Below, in pieces: positions 1 through 7,948 of a stretch of 32,000 nt of DNA. Source of the DNA: Promethearchaeota archaeon (GTDB lineage Archaea > Asgardarchaeota > Thorarchaeia > Thorarchaeales > Thorarchaeaceae); the NCBI GenBank assembly GCA_027031765.1, contig JALVPN010000110.1, positions 30,990-62,989 on the forward strand, in the 5' to 3' direction. The stretch's first letter is position 1. Each line of letters opens with the position of its first letter. The position numbers and the translations under genes are program-made. The notes below the pieces were generated by a model. It did no database searches. It was not told the DNA's origin and worked only from the letters and a program-made list of their open reading frames with translations.

Positions 1-2
1 GC

Positions 3-1121
3 CTCGCATCCACGGGCCGTCCAATCGTGGTTACTGGATGCCTGCCAAAGATCTCCCACGACCGTGTCTTGGCTGCATTGCCCTCCTTCGGTGCGGTCCT
101 GGGCCCCCAAGCCGTTGTTTCTCTCGGCGAGGTAGTCCTGCGTGTCATCGGTGGCGAGCGTGGGATTGTCCACCTGACTTCAGACGCTGGTGCGAAGTTG
201 CAGTACCTTGAGGGCCCTCCTAACAGCGTCATATGTACAGTTCCCATCAGTGAGGGCTGCCTGGGTTCCTGCGCCTACTGCGCTGTCCGGTATGCACGTG
301 GGACTGTACGCAGCAATTCAATTGCGGCACTATTGGACGTTGTGCGCCGCTGTGTCCACCAAGGCTACCGTGAGATCCGTCTGACCTCTCAGGACGCCGG
401 CGCATTTGGCGCTGACACGGGCGAGGGCCTCGTAGACCTCCTCTCTGCTCTCGACAGTCTGGAGGGCCGGCACAGGTTCCGTCTTGGGATGTTCAACCCC
501 CATCTTGTACATCCGTACCTCGACGACCTGCTGGACGTCATGCGCTCCCCTCATTTCTTCAAGTTCTTTCACGTGCCACTCCAGTCCGGGTCGGACCGCG
601 TCCTCAGACTGATGCGACGGGGTTACACAGTGGACGAATGGGTCCAGGTGGTCACGCAGATCCGGGACGCCTTTCCAGATGCGACCATTGCTACGGACAT
701 CATCGTTGGTTTTCCGGGCGAAACACAAGAGGACTTCGAACAGACTGTCAGCATCATCCAGCGCCATCGTCCATCAGTGGTGAACATCTCCAAGTACGGC
801 GACAGGCCCGGCACACCGGCCTCACGGTCACCACACAAGGTGCGCACCGACGTCAAGAAGGCGCGCAGCAGACGGCTGACTGCACTGGTCTCGGTCCTGA
901 CCCTCAAGCTGCACCAGCGCCTGGTGGGACGGTGTGCAGAGTGTATTGCTATCGGACATGGGCCACGTGGTGGCATTCTGTGTCGCGATACTGCCTACAG
1001 ACCAGTCATCGTGGCCGATGCGGTTCCACTGGGGAGTACACTTTCCGTGTGGGTGACCGGGGCCGCACGAACCCACCTGCTCGGAGCCCTCAGTCCCGTC
1101 CCGTCACCTCGAAGTGGATGA
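3..1121 (+). CDS. mtaB: Radical SAM tRNA methylthiotransferase, MiaB-like (archaeal MtaB/CDKAL1 type); 5'-truncated by window edge
   Basis: CxxxCxxC motif CLGSCAYC, HVPLQSGSDRVLRLMRRGY, TDIIVGFPGET and a C-terminal TRAM-like segment; frame is open back to base 3. Confidence 0.85.
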   Translation, partial: LASTGRPIVVTGCLPKISHDRVLAALPSFGAVLGPQAVVSLGEVVLRVIGGERGIVHLTSDAGAKLQYLEGPPNSVICTVPISEGCLGSCAYCAVRYARGTVRSNSIAALLDVVRRCVHQGYREIRLTSQDAGAFGADTGEGLVDLLSALDSLEGRHRFRLGMFNPHLVHPYLDDLLDVMRSPHFFKFFHVPLQSGSDRVLRLMRRGYTVDEWVQVVTQIRDAFPDATIATDIIVGFPGETQEDFEQTVSIIQRHRPSVVNISKYGDRPGTPASRSPHKVRTDVKKARSRRLTALVSVLTLKLHQRLVGRCAECIAIGHGPRGGILCRDTAYRPVIVADAVPLGSTLSVWVTGAARTHLLGALSPVPSPRSG

Positions 1122-2124
1122 CCTTTCCTTTCCTTGTGCTCTCCCTCGCGTGCTCGACGACCTCAAGTGCTGCAATCCCATCGTCAAGGCTCACATGTGG
1201 CGTGGCACCAGTTTCAATGCACCGGATGAAGTCTGCAATGACCTCGCCAATAGGCTCCCCGTATACCTTGATTGTAGTACCCCTCTCTGGGAGTCGGATT
1301 GTGCGGCTGTCAGCAGAGGGCTCCTTGTCCAGGTCCTGAATCTTTATGATCTGTGCGAAGAGGTCAAGCACAAGCGTCCCCTTGGTGCCTGACACATCCA
1401 TCGCCCTCCTCCGTCCCGCATACTGTCTTGACAGGTGGAACAGGTGCTGTGTCCCCGACTGGAACTTGACAAGGATGACCGCTGCATTGTATATGTCCCC
1501 GTCCTCCACACACTGTGCATAGAGTGATGCCGGACCACTGCTCATCCTCATCATTATGTCAAAGTCGTGGACTCCTATGTCCTCGAACACATCACCGAGC
1601 GACCTCAGTCTGTCTGGCAGCACGAAACCACGCCTGTCGTGGACTACTGTCCTCGGCTTTCCAATAGCCCCTTCCCGGATGAGTGCGAGGGCCCTGCCAA
1701 CAATGGGGTTGTATATCTCCGAGTGTGACACAAGGGCGACAATCCCCTGCTGACGCAGGATCTTTGCAGTCCTCTTGGCATCAGCCAGTGTGCTGGCCAG
1801 TGGCTTCTCAATCAGTATTCCCCTGATGCACTCGTGCTCGGCAACACGGCTCGCAATCTCAGCATGTGTCGATGTGGGCGTGGCCACAATCACACCGTCG
1901 GGTCGGAGCCTGTCTATCATCGTGTTGAAGTCTTGGAAGGCCTCGACCCCATACTGCTCTGCAGTTGTCCTCGCCCTTTCGAGGTCGGTGTCTGCAATCC
2001 CACAAAGGGCCCTGAGCCCACCGAGTATCCGTGCGTGGATGCGTCCCATATTGCCCGCGCCAATTATCCCAATCTTTGGTGTTGTCGTTTCAGGACACCT
2101 CTCTGCAGTCCGCAGCCCCTGCAT
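1090..2124 (-). CDS. Gfo/Idh/MocA family NAD(P)-dependent oxidoreductase
   Basis: KIGIIGAGNMG Rossmann motif, EKPLA motif, DIGVHDFD; overlaps the 3' end of the methylthiotransferase convergently. Confidence 0.9.
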   Translation of the reverse strand: MQGLRTAERCPETTTPKIGIIGAGNMGRIHARILGGLRALCGIADTDLERARTTAEQYGVEAFQDFNTMIDRLRPDGVIVATPTSTHAEIASRVAEHECIRGILIEKPLASTLADAKRTAKILRQQGIVALVSHSEIYNPIVGRALALIREGAIGKPRTVVHDRRGFVLPDRLRSLGDVFEDIGVHDFDIMMRMSSGPASLYAQCVEDGDIYNAAVILVKFQSGTQHLFHLSRQYAGRRRAMDVSGTKGTLVLDLFAQIIKIQDLDKEPSADSRTIRLPERGTTIKVYGEPIGEVIADFIRCIETGATPHVSLDDGIAALEVVEHARESTRKGKVIHFEVTGRD

Positions 2125-2502
2125 GCGACCCCCTGCTTTATAGGTTGTCCTAGTGTCCAGAGTTTACACCGGGCCCCTCGTCCCTGTACATCGTGTGTCT
2201 GGTGACCTTAAATGCGCGGGCCATTATCACCAGTCGTACAAGGGACACATCCGACCGGAGCACCGGCCTCTATTGCGTTTCTGGTGAGTTGCACACCCCC
2301 CGGCAAAACGTACCACACCCGACCATGGGGCCCACTCCGCCTGTCCCGAGACCCCACCTGGCCCACCCATCTCGCCGTCACATTTCGGTGTGGGTGGGCC
2401 TCTCCTACCTGACTAGTAGGTATACCACGAGTACTGTGGTCTCGTCCTGTTACGCATGACAGGGAGCTCACCACTCGCACAAGTCCGTCAAGAACAATGA
2501 AA

Positions 2503-2590
2503 TGGTGCGGAGGGCGAGATTTGAACTCGCGAACCCCTGCGGGACAAGGCCCTCAACCTTGCGCCTTTGGCCTGGCTTGGCAACCTCCGC
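2503..2590 (-). tRNA. tRNA-Leu(GAG), intronless, CCA encoded
   Basis: Reverse complement gives GCGGAGG acceptor, anticodon arm CAAGG-TTGAGGG-CCTTG, long variable arm, GCGAG-TTCAAAT-CTCGC, 3' ACCA. Confidence 0.97.
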
Positions 2591-3207
2591 ACGCATTGGA
2601 TAGCGTACCAATGGCATGCAGGAATCAATCGTTATCCTGAAGCACTTAAAGTTGCCGGAAATGTGCCCACTGGTCGTATGTCTGATTTGTGCCACTGGAG
2701 TGGTCAACTGGCATTCAGCGTTGCCAGGCCACTGTCAGTCTTCACTGGTCTAGCATATGTGGGCCTCTGTCGACGAGGCCGAGGTCGTACAATCCCTCTG
2801 TCCTGCAACCAGTCAGTCATAGTCGGCCAGCATCTCAGCAGTCACGCCTGCAGTCCAAGTGGACTCCCCCGCTGTCTGCAGACAGCACTGACCTAGAACT
2901 GGGCTGGAAATGGACTGCGGCAAAAGGGAGTTTCGGGGGCCTTCGCCCCCTCGGCCTCACACAAACGGTATGTTTCCAATATGTGAAGATGGGCAGCCTG
3001 TACGGCCACTACCTCGTTGCTGCTGCGTACCACTCGAAAGGTGGGAGTGGACGGACGTACTTGTTCTTGTTCGTCTTCTTCTTTTCTCGCTTCATTCTAT
3101 CACTTCCTATTATACTGGTTGCTGTCCGAGTATGGATAAGACTTTGGGACCCTGCATACAGTCCTCCAACATGGGACAGAGGGCCGTGAAGTAGAAGATA
3201 GTGGTGA

Positions 3208-3314
3208 TGGAGCCCCGGGCGGGATGCCCGGCACTGCCAGCGACGTGACAGCACGTTCGAACCCGCGATTTTCTGCTTACGAGGCAGACGCCTTTACCAC
3301 TTGGCCACCGAGGC
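3208..3314 (-). tRNA. tRNA-Thr(CGT) with 31-nt non-canonical intron in the T-loop (59/60; intron 3225-3255), CCA encoded
   Basis: GCCTCGG/CCGGGGC acceptor, TCTGC-CTCGTAA-GCAGA anticodon arm; T-arm GCGGG-TTCGAA^T-CCCGC restored after removing a BHB-bounded insert; mature length 76 nt. Confidence 0.93.
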
Positions 3315-3344
3315 CCTTCTATCGTCGCCTGTCCTCTCTTGGGG

Positions 3345-3358
3345 TTATAAAGCTTTAT
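3345..3358. promoter_or_regulatory. TATA-box-like element (TTATAAAGCTTTAT) upstream of tRNA-Thr, possibly bidirectional
   Basis: AT-rich box about 30 nt upstream of the tRNA-Thr 5' end in GC-rich context. Confidence 0.55.
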
Positions 3359-3966
3359 CATCGTGTCCTCGTATGGACGATGACACCGGCGGGTCTCGTG
3401 GAGTGTTCTCTGCTGTTCCCGACCACATCGGCACTGGTGCAATGTACCAGTATTGCGTCCGAGTACGGAGCACCGTTTCTAGTCGATGTGCACAGGATGT
3501 ATGTTGGTGCCGCTGTGATACTTGGGACAGTCAATGTCCCTGTCCGACCATCTCTCCCACCCGCCTCACACTCAATATCGTCACCCCCGCTCCACGGCTG
3601 ACTAGGGATGTGTATCAACACCTCATGAACACCTCGTGATTGGGTGCAGATTCAAGCCGTCACAGTTTCAGCAATAGCAACAGCGCCTGCTGTTTCTTAC
3701 AGTACGGGGGCTGTCACAGACGCGTACGGTCCCAACATCCCCCCTCATGACGAGCTGCCCCCTTACCAGCACCATTGACTTGAGCTGACTTGGACATCCC
3801 ACCAGCCCCAGTCAGTCCTTTCAGACTGGGCATAGTGCTTAAGTGGGAGGTCATTGCACCTGCTGCACATGGGGTAACCAATACACTGGGATATCATGGT
3901 GGTCACTCTGGCAGCACTACGGTTCAGTCGTCTTTCATTGTCCTAGCAGTGCGATGGGGTGTACAG

Positions 3967-4959
3967 ATGAAACTGCGTGATATTGGGGAGCGGGAGCTGC
4001 TCCGCGAGCTTGAGTTCTTGGTGGACATTCCTGAAGGTGCCGTGCTGGGTCTTGACGAGGACGCATCTGAAGTCCCCCTCAACGGCTCGCTCCACCTTGT
4101 GGTGAATGTTGATACTTTTGTTTCTAGCACAGACCGACTGCCGGGCATGACGGACGCACAGGTCGGCCGCAAGACCGCGGTCATGGTGCTGAGCGACATT
4201 GTAGCAAAAGGTGCACGTCCTATAGCGGCCATGTTGTCCGTCTGTGTCCCTGCTGAGACCTCAAGCACAGCAGTCACCGAGCTCGTACGGGGGTACTCCC
4301 AGTTCTGTACAAAGTCTGCTGTGCTCTTCCTAGGCGGTGACATGGGGTGCTCAGAAGAGGTGACACTTACCGGTGTTGGTATCGGTACTGCGGTTCCGGA
4401 ACATATCGTACGACGTGGTGGGGCAGCACCCGGAGATGTGATTGCGGTCAGCGGTCTGTTCGGACTGACATCTGTTGCCTTCAAGACCCTACTTGAGGAC
4501 TATCCGGTCACTCCCACACTGCGTTCCTTGGCACTTGAGGCTGCCTTCCGTCCTGAGATCCATATCGGACTTGTTGAAGCCCTTGCAGGCTACTCGGCCA
4601 TCACGTCGTGCATGGACAGTAGTGACGGCCTTGCCATCTCGCTTGTCACAATGGCAGGACACAGTGGGTTCCAGTTCCTCATTGACGACCTCCCGGTGGC
4701 AGACGGAGTGGAGGCCTTTGCTGAACGGAACGGTCTTGACCTCTTCTCTCTGGTGATGCACGGGGGTGAAGAGTTTGTACTGGTCATGACAGTCCCACCT
4801 GACCAGTGGGATACAGCCACAGAGGTCTCAACTAGATGCGGTGCAGTCCTGACACCCATCGGGCGCGTCCGTGAGGGCACTGGTGTAGTATGGCAGTCCC
4901 CTGACGGGCCTGTACCTGTTGACACAAGGGGCTATGATAGCTTCAGGACATGGTCATGA
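3967..4959 (+). CDS. thiL: Thiamine-monophosphate kinase
   Basis: MKLRDIGERELL start, SDIVAKGARP, GGD, MDSSDGLA, GGEEFVLVMT; start placed at ATG 3967 rather than the TTG at 3790. Confidence 0.92.
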   Translation: MKLRDIGERELLRELEFLVDIPEGAVLGLDEDASEVPLNGSLHLVVNVDTFVSSTDRLPGMTDAQVGRKTAVMVLSDIVAKGARPIAAMLSVCVPAETSSTAVTELVRGYSQFCTKSAVLFLGGDMGCSEEVTLTGVGIGTAVPEHIVRRGGAAPGDVIAVSGLFGLTSVAFKTLLEDYPVTPTLRSLALEAAFRPEIHIGLVEALAGYSAITSCMDSSDGLAISLVTMAGHSGFQFLIDDLPVADGVEAFAERNGLDLFSLVMHGGEEFVLVMTVPPDQWDTATEVSTRCGAVLTPIGRVREGTGVVWQSPDGPVPVDTRGYDSFRTWS

Positions 4960-5071
4960 TGTCCATGTGTCCTCTGACACAGTGACACGGTTTCCACTGC
5001 GGTCGCCGCCTACGGGGCTGCTGACACAGTGTCCAGAGCGTCACTGCTCGCCAACCGCTTGGGCCCTGCGG

Positions 5072-5084
5072 AAAGCTTTATGAC
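5072..5084 (+). promoter_or_regulatory. BRE/TATA-like promoter of tRNA-Arg
   Basis: AAAGCTTTATGA about 27-30 nt upstream of the tRNA start at 5111. Confidence 0.55.
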
Positions 5085-5110
5085 GCCACGTTCTTTGCCG
5101 TACAGATAGC

Positions 5111-5254
5111 GGACCCGTTGCCTAGCCAGGGGGTGCAGAGATGCTATCTATCTCTGTACTTGGCAAATAGGGCGCCACCCTTCTAAGGTGGAATTCCCCG
5201 GTTCAAAAGGGCACACGGCTCTCGTCTGCCCGGGACTTCCGGGCGGGTCCGCCA
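5111..5254 (+). tRNA. tRNA-Arg(TCT) with two non-canonical introns: D-loop 19/20 (5131-5166, 36 nt) and T-loop 59/60 (5208-5237, 30 nt); CCA encoded
   Basis: GGACCCG/CGGGTCC acceptor + GCCA; CCACC-CTTCTAA-GGTGG anticodon arm; removing both BHB-bounded inserts gives D-loop AGCCAGG^ATA and T-loop TTCAAA^T, a 78-nt cloverleaf. Confidence 0.92.
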
Positions 5255-5271
5255 ATTGCGGTCTCTCGTTG

Positions 5272-5529
5272 TCACCCCAAGACGAACGATGGTGGGAACA
5301 TAACAAAGTACTGGACTACGATTGCGAGGATAATCCCGCTCATGACGAGGCCCTTCCCCTTGGTCGGGTTCGTACTCGTGAACCAAAGGATTGCTCCCAC
5401 GAGCACGATTACTACGGATGAAACACGTCCGACAAAAATCAGGAACTCCCAGATTTCTGCAAAATACGTGGAGATAATCCCGACAAAGTCTGACAGCGGG
5501 CTCAACACTCGGAGGGGCAATGTGTTCAC
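5272..5529 (-). CDS. Small membrane protein (2-3 hydrophobic helices), hypothetical
   Basis: 85 aa, hydrophobic stretches VSSVVIVLVGAILWF and LVMSGIILAIVVQYF linked by TNPTKGKG; GTG start. Confidence 0.65.
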   Translation of the reverse strand: MNTLPLRVLSPLSDFVGIISTYFAEIWEFLIFVGRVSSVVIVLVGAILWFTSTNPTKGKGLVMSGIILAIVVQYFVMFPPSFVLG

Positions 5530-5623
5530 CGCTCATGTGTCGCCATCCAACAATATAAGGCCCTACCAGCGTCACTCGTGGCGTGGGCCATGCTACGGTG
5601 TGGGGTTGCTGGGCGGTCGTGCG

Positions 5624-6406
5624 TCAGTATCCCTGCAGCCCTTCACAGAAGGCCCTGATGTTAATGCCGAGGTCTTCGTGGTTGTACCCTCCCTCCAATA
5701 TACCAAAGCGTCGTCCCTCGCACTTCTCTACGGCGAACTCGTAGACTAGTCTGCCAATCCTGCGGAAAGCATCGGTCGACAGGTTATGTCCCCAGCAGCC
5801 TATGTACTCGTCGAACCCTGCTGATGCGGCGATTATGTCGACCGACGGTGCTCTGTCCAGCACCTGCTTGACAACGGATAGGTATTCGTCGTCACCACGC
5901 CCGTGTGGGTTGTATATGAAGAACTCTTCCCTGTCACCCAAGATGTTGATGGTGCCATCACCTACATGCAGGTCGAAGTCAAGGACAAGTGCCGAACGGA
6001 TGAGTCCCTTGGACTGCAGCGAGAGTAGTGCTACGGCCATGTTGTTGAAGTAACAGAACCCCCAACATGAGGCCCTTGAGGCGTGGTGACCCGGTGGGCG
6101 GATGAGACCAAAAACCGGTTCTCCAGCGTATGCTATCTCTGCAGTCCTGATTGCACCCCCGGCAGCAACAATGGCGACACGGTACAGTCGTCCACCGTGG
6201 TAGACATCACTCTCATGCTTCATACTGTCGATGTGGTCCTGTGTGTGGGCACGGAGGAGTTCCTCTTCTGTGGCTGCTCGTGCGCCGACGAACTCGTATC
6301 CCGGACTCTCCCTCAAGACCTGCAGTGCCGAGTCAAGTCTGCCTGGTGCTCCGGCAGGGGTGTTGTCGTAGCTCTCACGCATGATGTCGTCATACACAAT
6401 CTTCAT
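5624..6406 (-). CDS. Histone deacetylase / AcuC-family Zn-dependent deacylase (compact)
   Basis: RPPGHHA, GFCYFNN, DFDLHVGDGT, SAGFD, LEGGY; start likely MKIVYDD at 6406. Confidence 0.9.
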   Translation of the reverse strand: MKIVYDDIMRESYDNTPAGAPGRLDSALQVLRESPGYEFVGARAATEEELLRAHTQDHIDSMKHESDVYHGGRLYRVAIVAAGGAIRTAEIAYAGEPVFGLIRPPGHHASRASCWGFCYFNNMAVALLSLQSKGLIRSALVLDFDLHVGDGTINILGDREEFFIYNPHGRGDDEYLSVVKQVLDRAPSVDIIAASAGFDEYIGCWGHNLSTDAFRRIGRLVYEFAVEKCEGRRFGILEGGYNHEDLGINIRAFCEGLQGY

Positions 6407-6486
6407 GGGCGATACTAATGCGCCCAAGGGATTTGTACATGTTGCTACTCTACACTACACCGTAGCTGGCGGGACTGCATTACTGG

Positions 6487-6528
6487 AAAAATAGGGGGAT
6501 GGGCAGGAGGCCTGTGACCAGCCTGCCC
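6487..6528 (-). terminator. Putative terminator of the rpl11-1-10-12 operon
   Basis: 7-bp inverted repeat GGGCAGG/CCTGCCC (6501-6528) followed on the minus strand by a T5 run (6487-6491). Confidence 0.45.
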
Positions 6529-6568
6529 TCTACTTGTTGGTGGGTCACGAGGAGGTGTGGACATGGAC

Positions 6569-6883
6569 CTAACCGAACAGGCTGCCGAGTCCAACTGTGA
6601 CCTCCTCTTCCTCCTCTTTCTTCTCTTCCTCCTTTTCTTCCTCAGCCGGGGCCGCTGCCGCCTCGGCCGGAGCAGCACCACCTGGTGCAGCTGCAACCGC
6701 CATCGGCATGGCCGCGCTCTTCACTGCCTCATCTATGTCGACACCCTCAAGTGCAGCAAGCAGGGCCTTGATCCGTCCCTTGTCCGGTGTGACACCTGCT
6801 GCTGTGAGGACTGCCTCCATGTTCTTTGCATTCAGTTCCTTTCCGGCCTTGTGGAGCAGGAGTGCTGTATACACGTATTCCAT
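6569..6883 (-). CDS. rpl12: 50S ribosomal stalk protein P1/L12
   Basis: [16 protein letters not shown] start, Ala-rich hinge, acidic tail ending GLGSLFG. Confidence 0.97.
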   Translation of the reverse strand: MEYVYTALLLHKAGKELNAKNMEAVLTAAGVTPDKGRIKALLAALEGVDIDEAVKSAAMPMAVAAAPGGAAPAEAAAAPAEEEKEEEKKEEEEEVTVGLGSLFG

Positions 6884-6913
6884 TCTGGTCTCCTCTCTGT
6901 GTGTTGTATCTTG

Positions 6914-7948
6914 TTAACCGAACAGGCTCCCGAGGCCAGCAGTGGCCTCTTCTTCCTCTTCTTCCTCTTCTTCCTCCTCAGCCGTTTCAGGAGCTGCACT
7001 CGCACTCCCAGTTGTCGTCACGGTGGTCGACACCACTTGGAGCTGACTGAGGATGTCCGAAGGTATTGCATCAGGGTCCCGCTCAGATATTGCTGCGGCG
7101 AGCGCCAGCGCCTCACCAGTTGCCTTGGCGAGGAATGCGTCCAGGAGGTCTGGTGTGAAGAAGCCGACGCTGAGCGCCAGTGTCTTCGCCTCAGTGTCCG
7201 CCTTGGCAATGAGCAGCGTGATGGTGTCGCCGGTCGGGTACCCTGTATTGACTGACAGGTTGACCGCATACTGGTGTCCCAAGATGACCTCGTTGAGCAG
7301 GTCGTAAAGGTTGACATCAAGGCTCTCAGACGTGAGGACCGTCCCGTCAGCATAGGCTGCGACCAGCTTCAGCTGTAACTCCATCGGTTCGATGCCCAGT
7401 CGTCCGAGCATCTGGGCCATTGCATTCGAGATGGTCTCACCGGCCTTGACCGCCACGGTCTCCTCTGTAATGTGGATGACCCCACCCTTGACACGTGCGG
7501 GGATGCTCAGGGCTGCAAGCTCGCTGATGAACGGGCCCGGTGCGACCCCGGTGTTCATGGCCGGGATGATGATGTCCTTTGGTGCGACCTGTCCCCCTTT
7601 TGCAGGGGCCGAGGCCTTGTTCTCGCTCAGGAACTTGCTCAACATGAACGGGTCCTGGTCGCTGAAAATGAAAGCAACAGGCCCCCTCACGTGTTCTATG
7701 AGGGCCTCTATGCCCTTCTTCTTTTTCTTGGCCTTCTCCAGCGCACGGATCATGAGGGTGTTGCGCGCCATCCTGATCAAGGCGGAGCCCCGCAGGCTGT
7801 TCCTTATCCCCTGCAGCTGTTTGGCCCCAACGCCCTCCACATTGACGAGGCCAACCATCTCGCTATTCTCTATCATCTCCGCCAGTCGGTTGACCTCCTC
7901 AATCTTCCATTGTGGTATGTGTTTCTCGTGTACGACCATCTCTGTCAC
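6914..7948 (-). CDS. rpl10: 50S ribosomal protein L10/P0
   Basis: IPQWKIEEV, LQGIRNSLRG, NTLMIRAL, TGVAPGP, acidic tail ending GLGSLFG. Confidence 0.97.
   Translation of the reverse strand: MTEMVVHEKHIPQWKIEEVNRLAEMIENSEMVGLVNVEGVGAKQLQGIRNSLRGSALIRMARNTLMIRALEKAKKKKKGIEALIEHVRGPVAFIFSDQDPFMLSKFLSENKASAPAKGGQVAPKDIIIPAMNTGVAPGPFISELAALSIPARVKGGVIHITEETVAVKAGETISNAMAQMLGRLGIEPMELQLKLVAAYADGTVLTSESLDVNLYDLLNEVILGHQYAVNLSVNTGYPTGDTITLLIAKADTEAKTLALSVGFFTPDLLDAFLAKATGEALALAAAISERDPDAIPSDILSQLQVVSTTVTTTGSASAAPETAEEEEEEEEEEEATAGLGSLFG

Noticed and set aside
2230-2960. RNase P RNA or SRP RNA in the spacers around tRNA-Leu
   Set aside because: The conserved GAGGAA..UCC / AGAAGG and SRP helix-8 motifs were not found on either strand.
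2835-3095. Minus-strand 28-aa ORF MKREKKKTNKNKYVRPLPPFEWYAAATR with an SD-like site, whose frame stays open after a TAG
   Set aside because: No homology cue and no pyrrolysine machinery in view; readthrough would be speculation.
3110-3442. ORFs overlapping tRNA-Thr (3110-3442, 3224-3601) and tRNA-Arg (5183-5575, 5188-5421)
   Set aside because: They translate through tRNA genes and are shadow ORFs.
3373-3639. Short ORFs downstream of the divergent TATA (ATG 3373, Cys-rich 88 aa; ATG 3380, 73 aa)
   Set aside because: Competing frames with no recognisable motif; I cannot tell which, if any, is real.
4956-5031. 11-bp direct repeat CTGACACAGTG (4974-4984, 5021-5031) and a possible C/D-box sRNA
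   Set aside because: Only two copies, so not CRISPR. The C box is imperfect (ATGATGT), overlaps the thiL stop, and the second guide spacing is too long.
5109-5254. Possible tRNA-Sec: apparent 9-bp acceptor GCGGACCCG/CGGGTCCGC and TTCAAA read as a UCA anticodon loop
   Set aside because: TTCAAA is the T-loop. The anticodon arm CCACC-CTTCTAA-GGTGG and the spliced D-loop fit a standard tRNA-Arg(UCU), and there is no long variable arm.
6569-6990. Repeated sequence and purine/pyrimidine runs at the ends of rpl12 and rpl10
   Set aside because: Explained by the shared acidic C-terminal P-stalk motif (poly-Glu + GLGSLFG).
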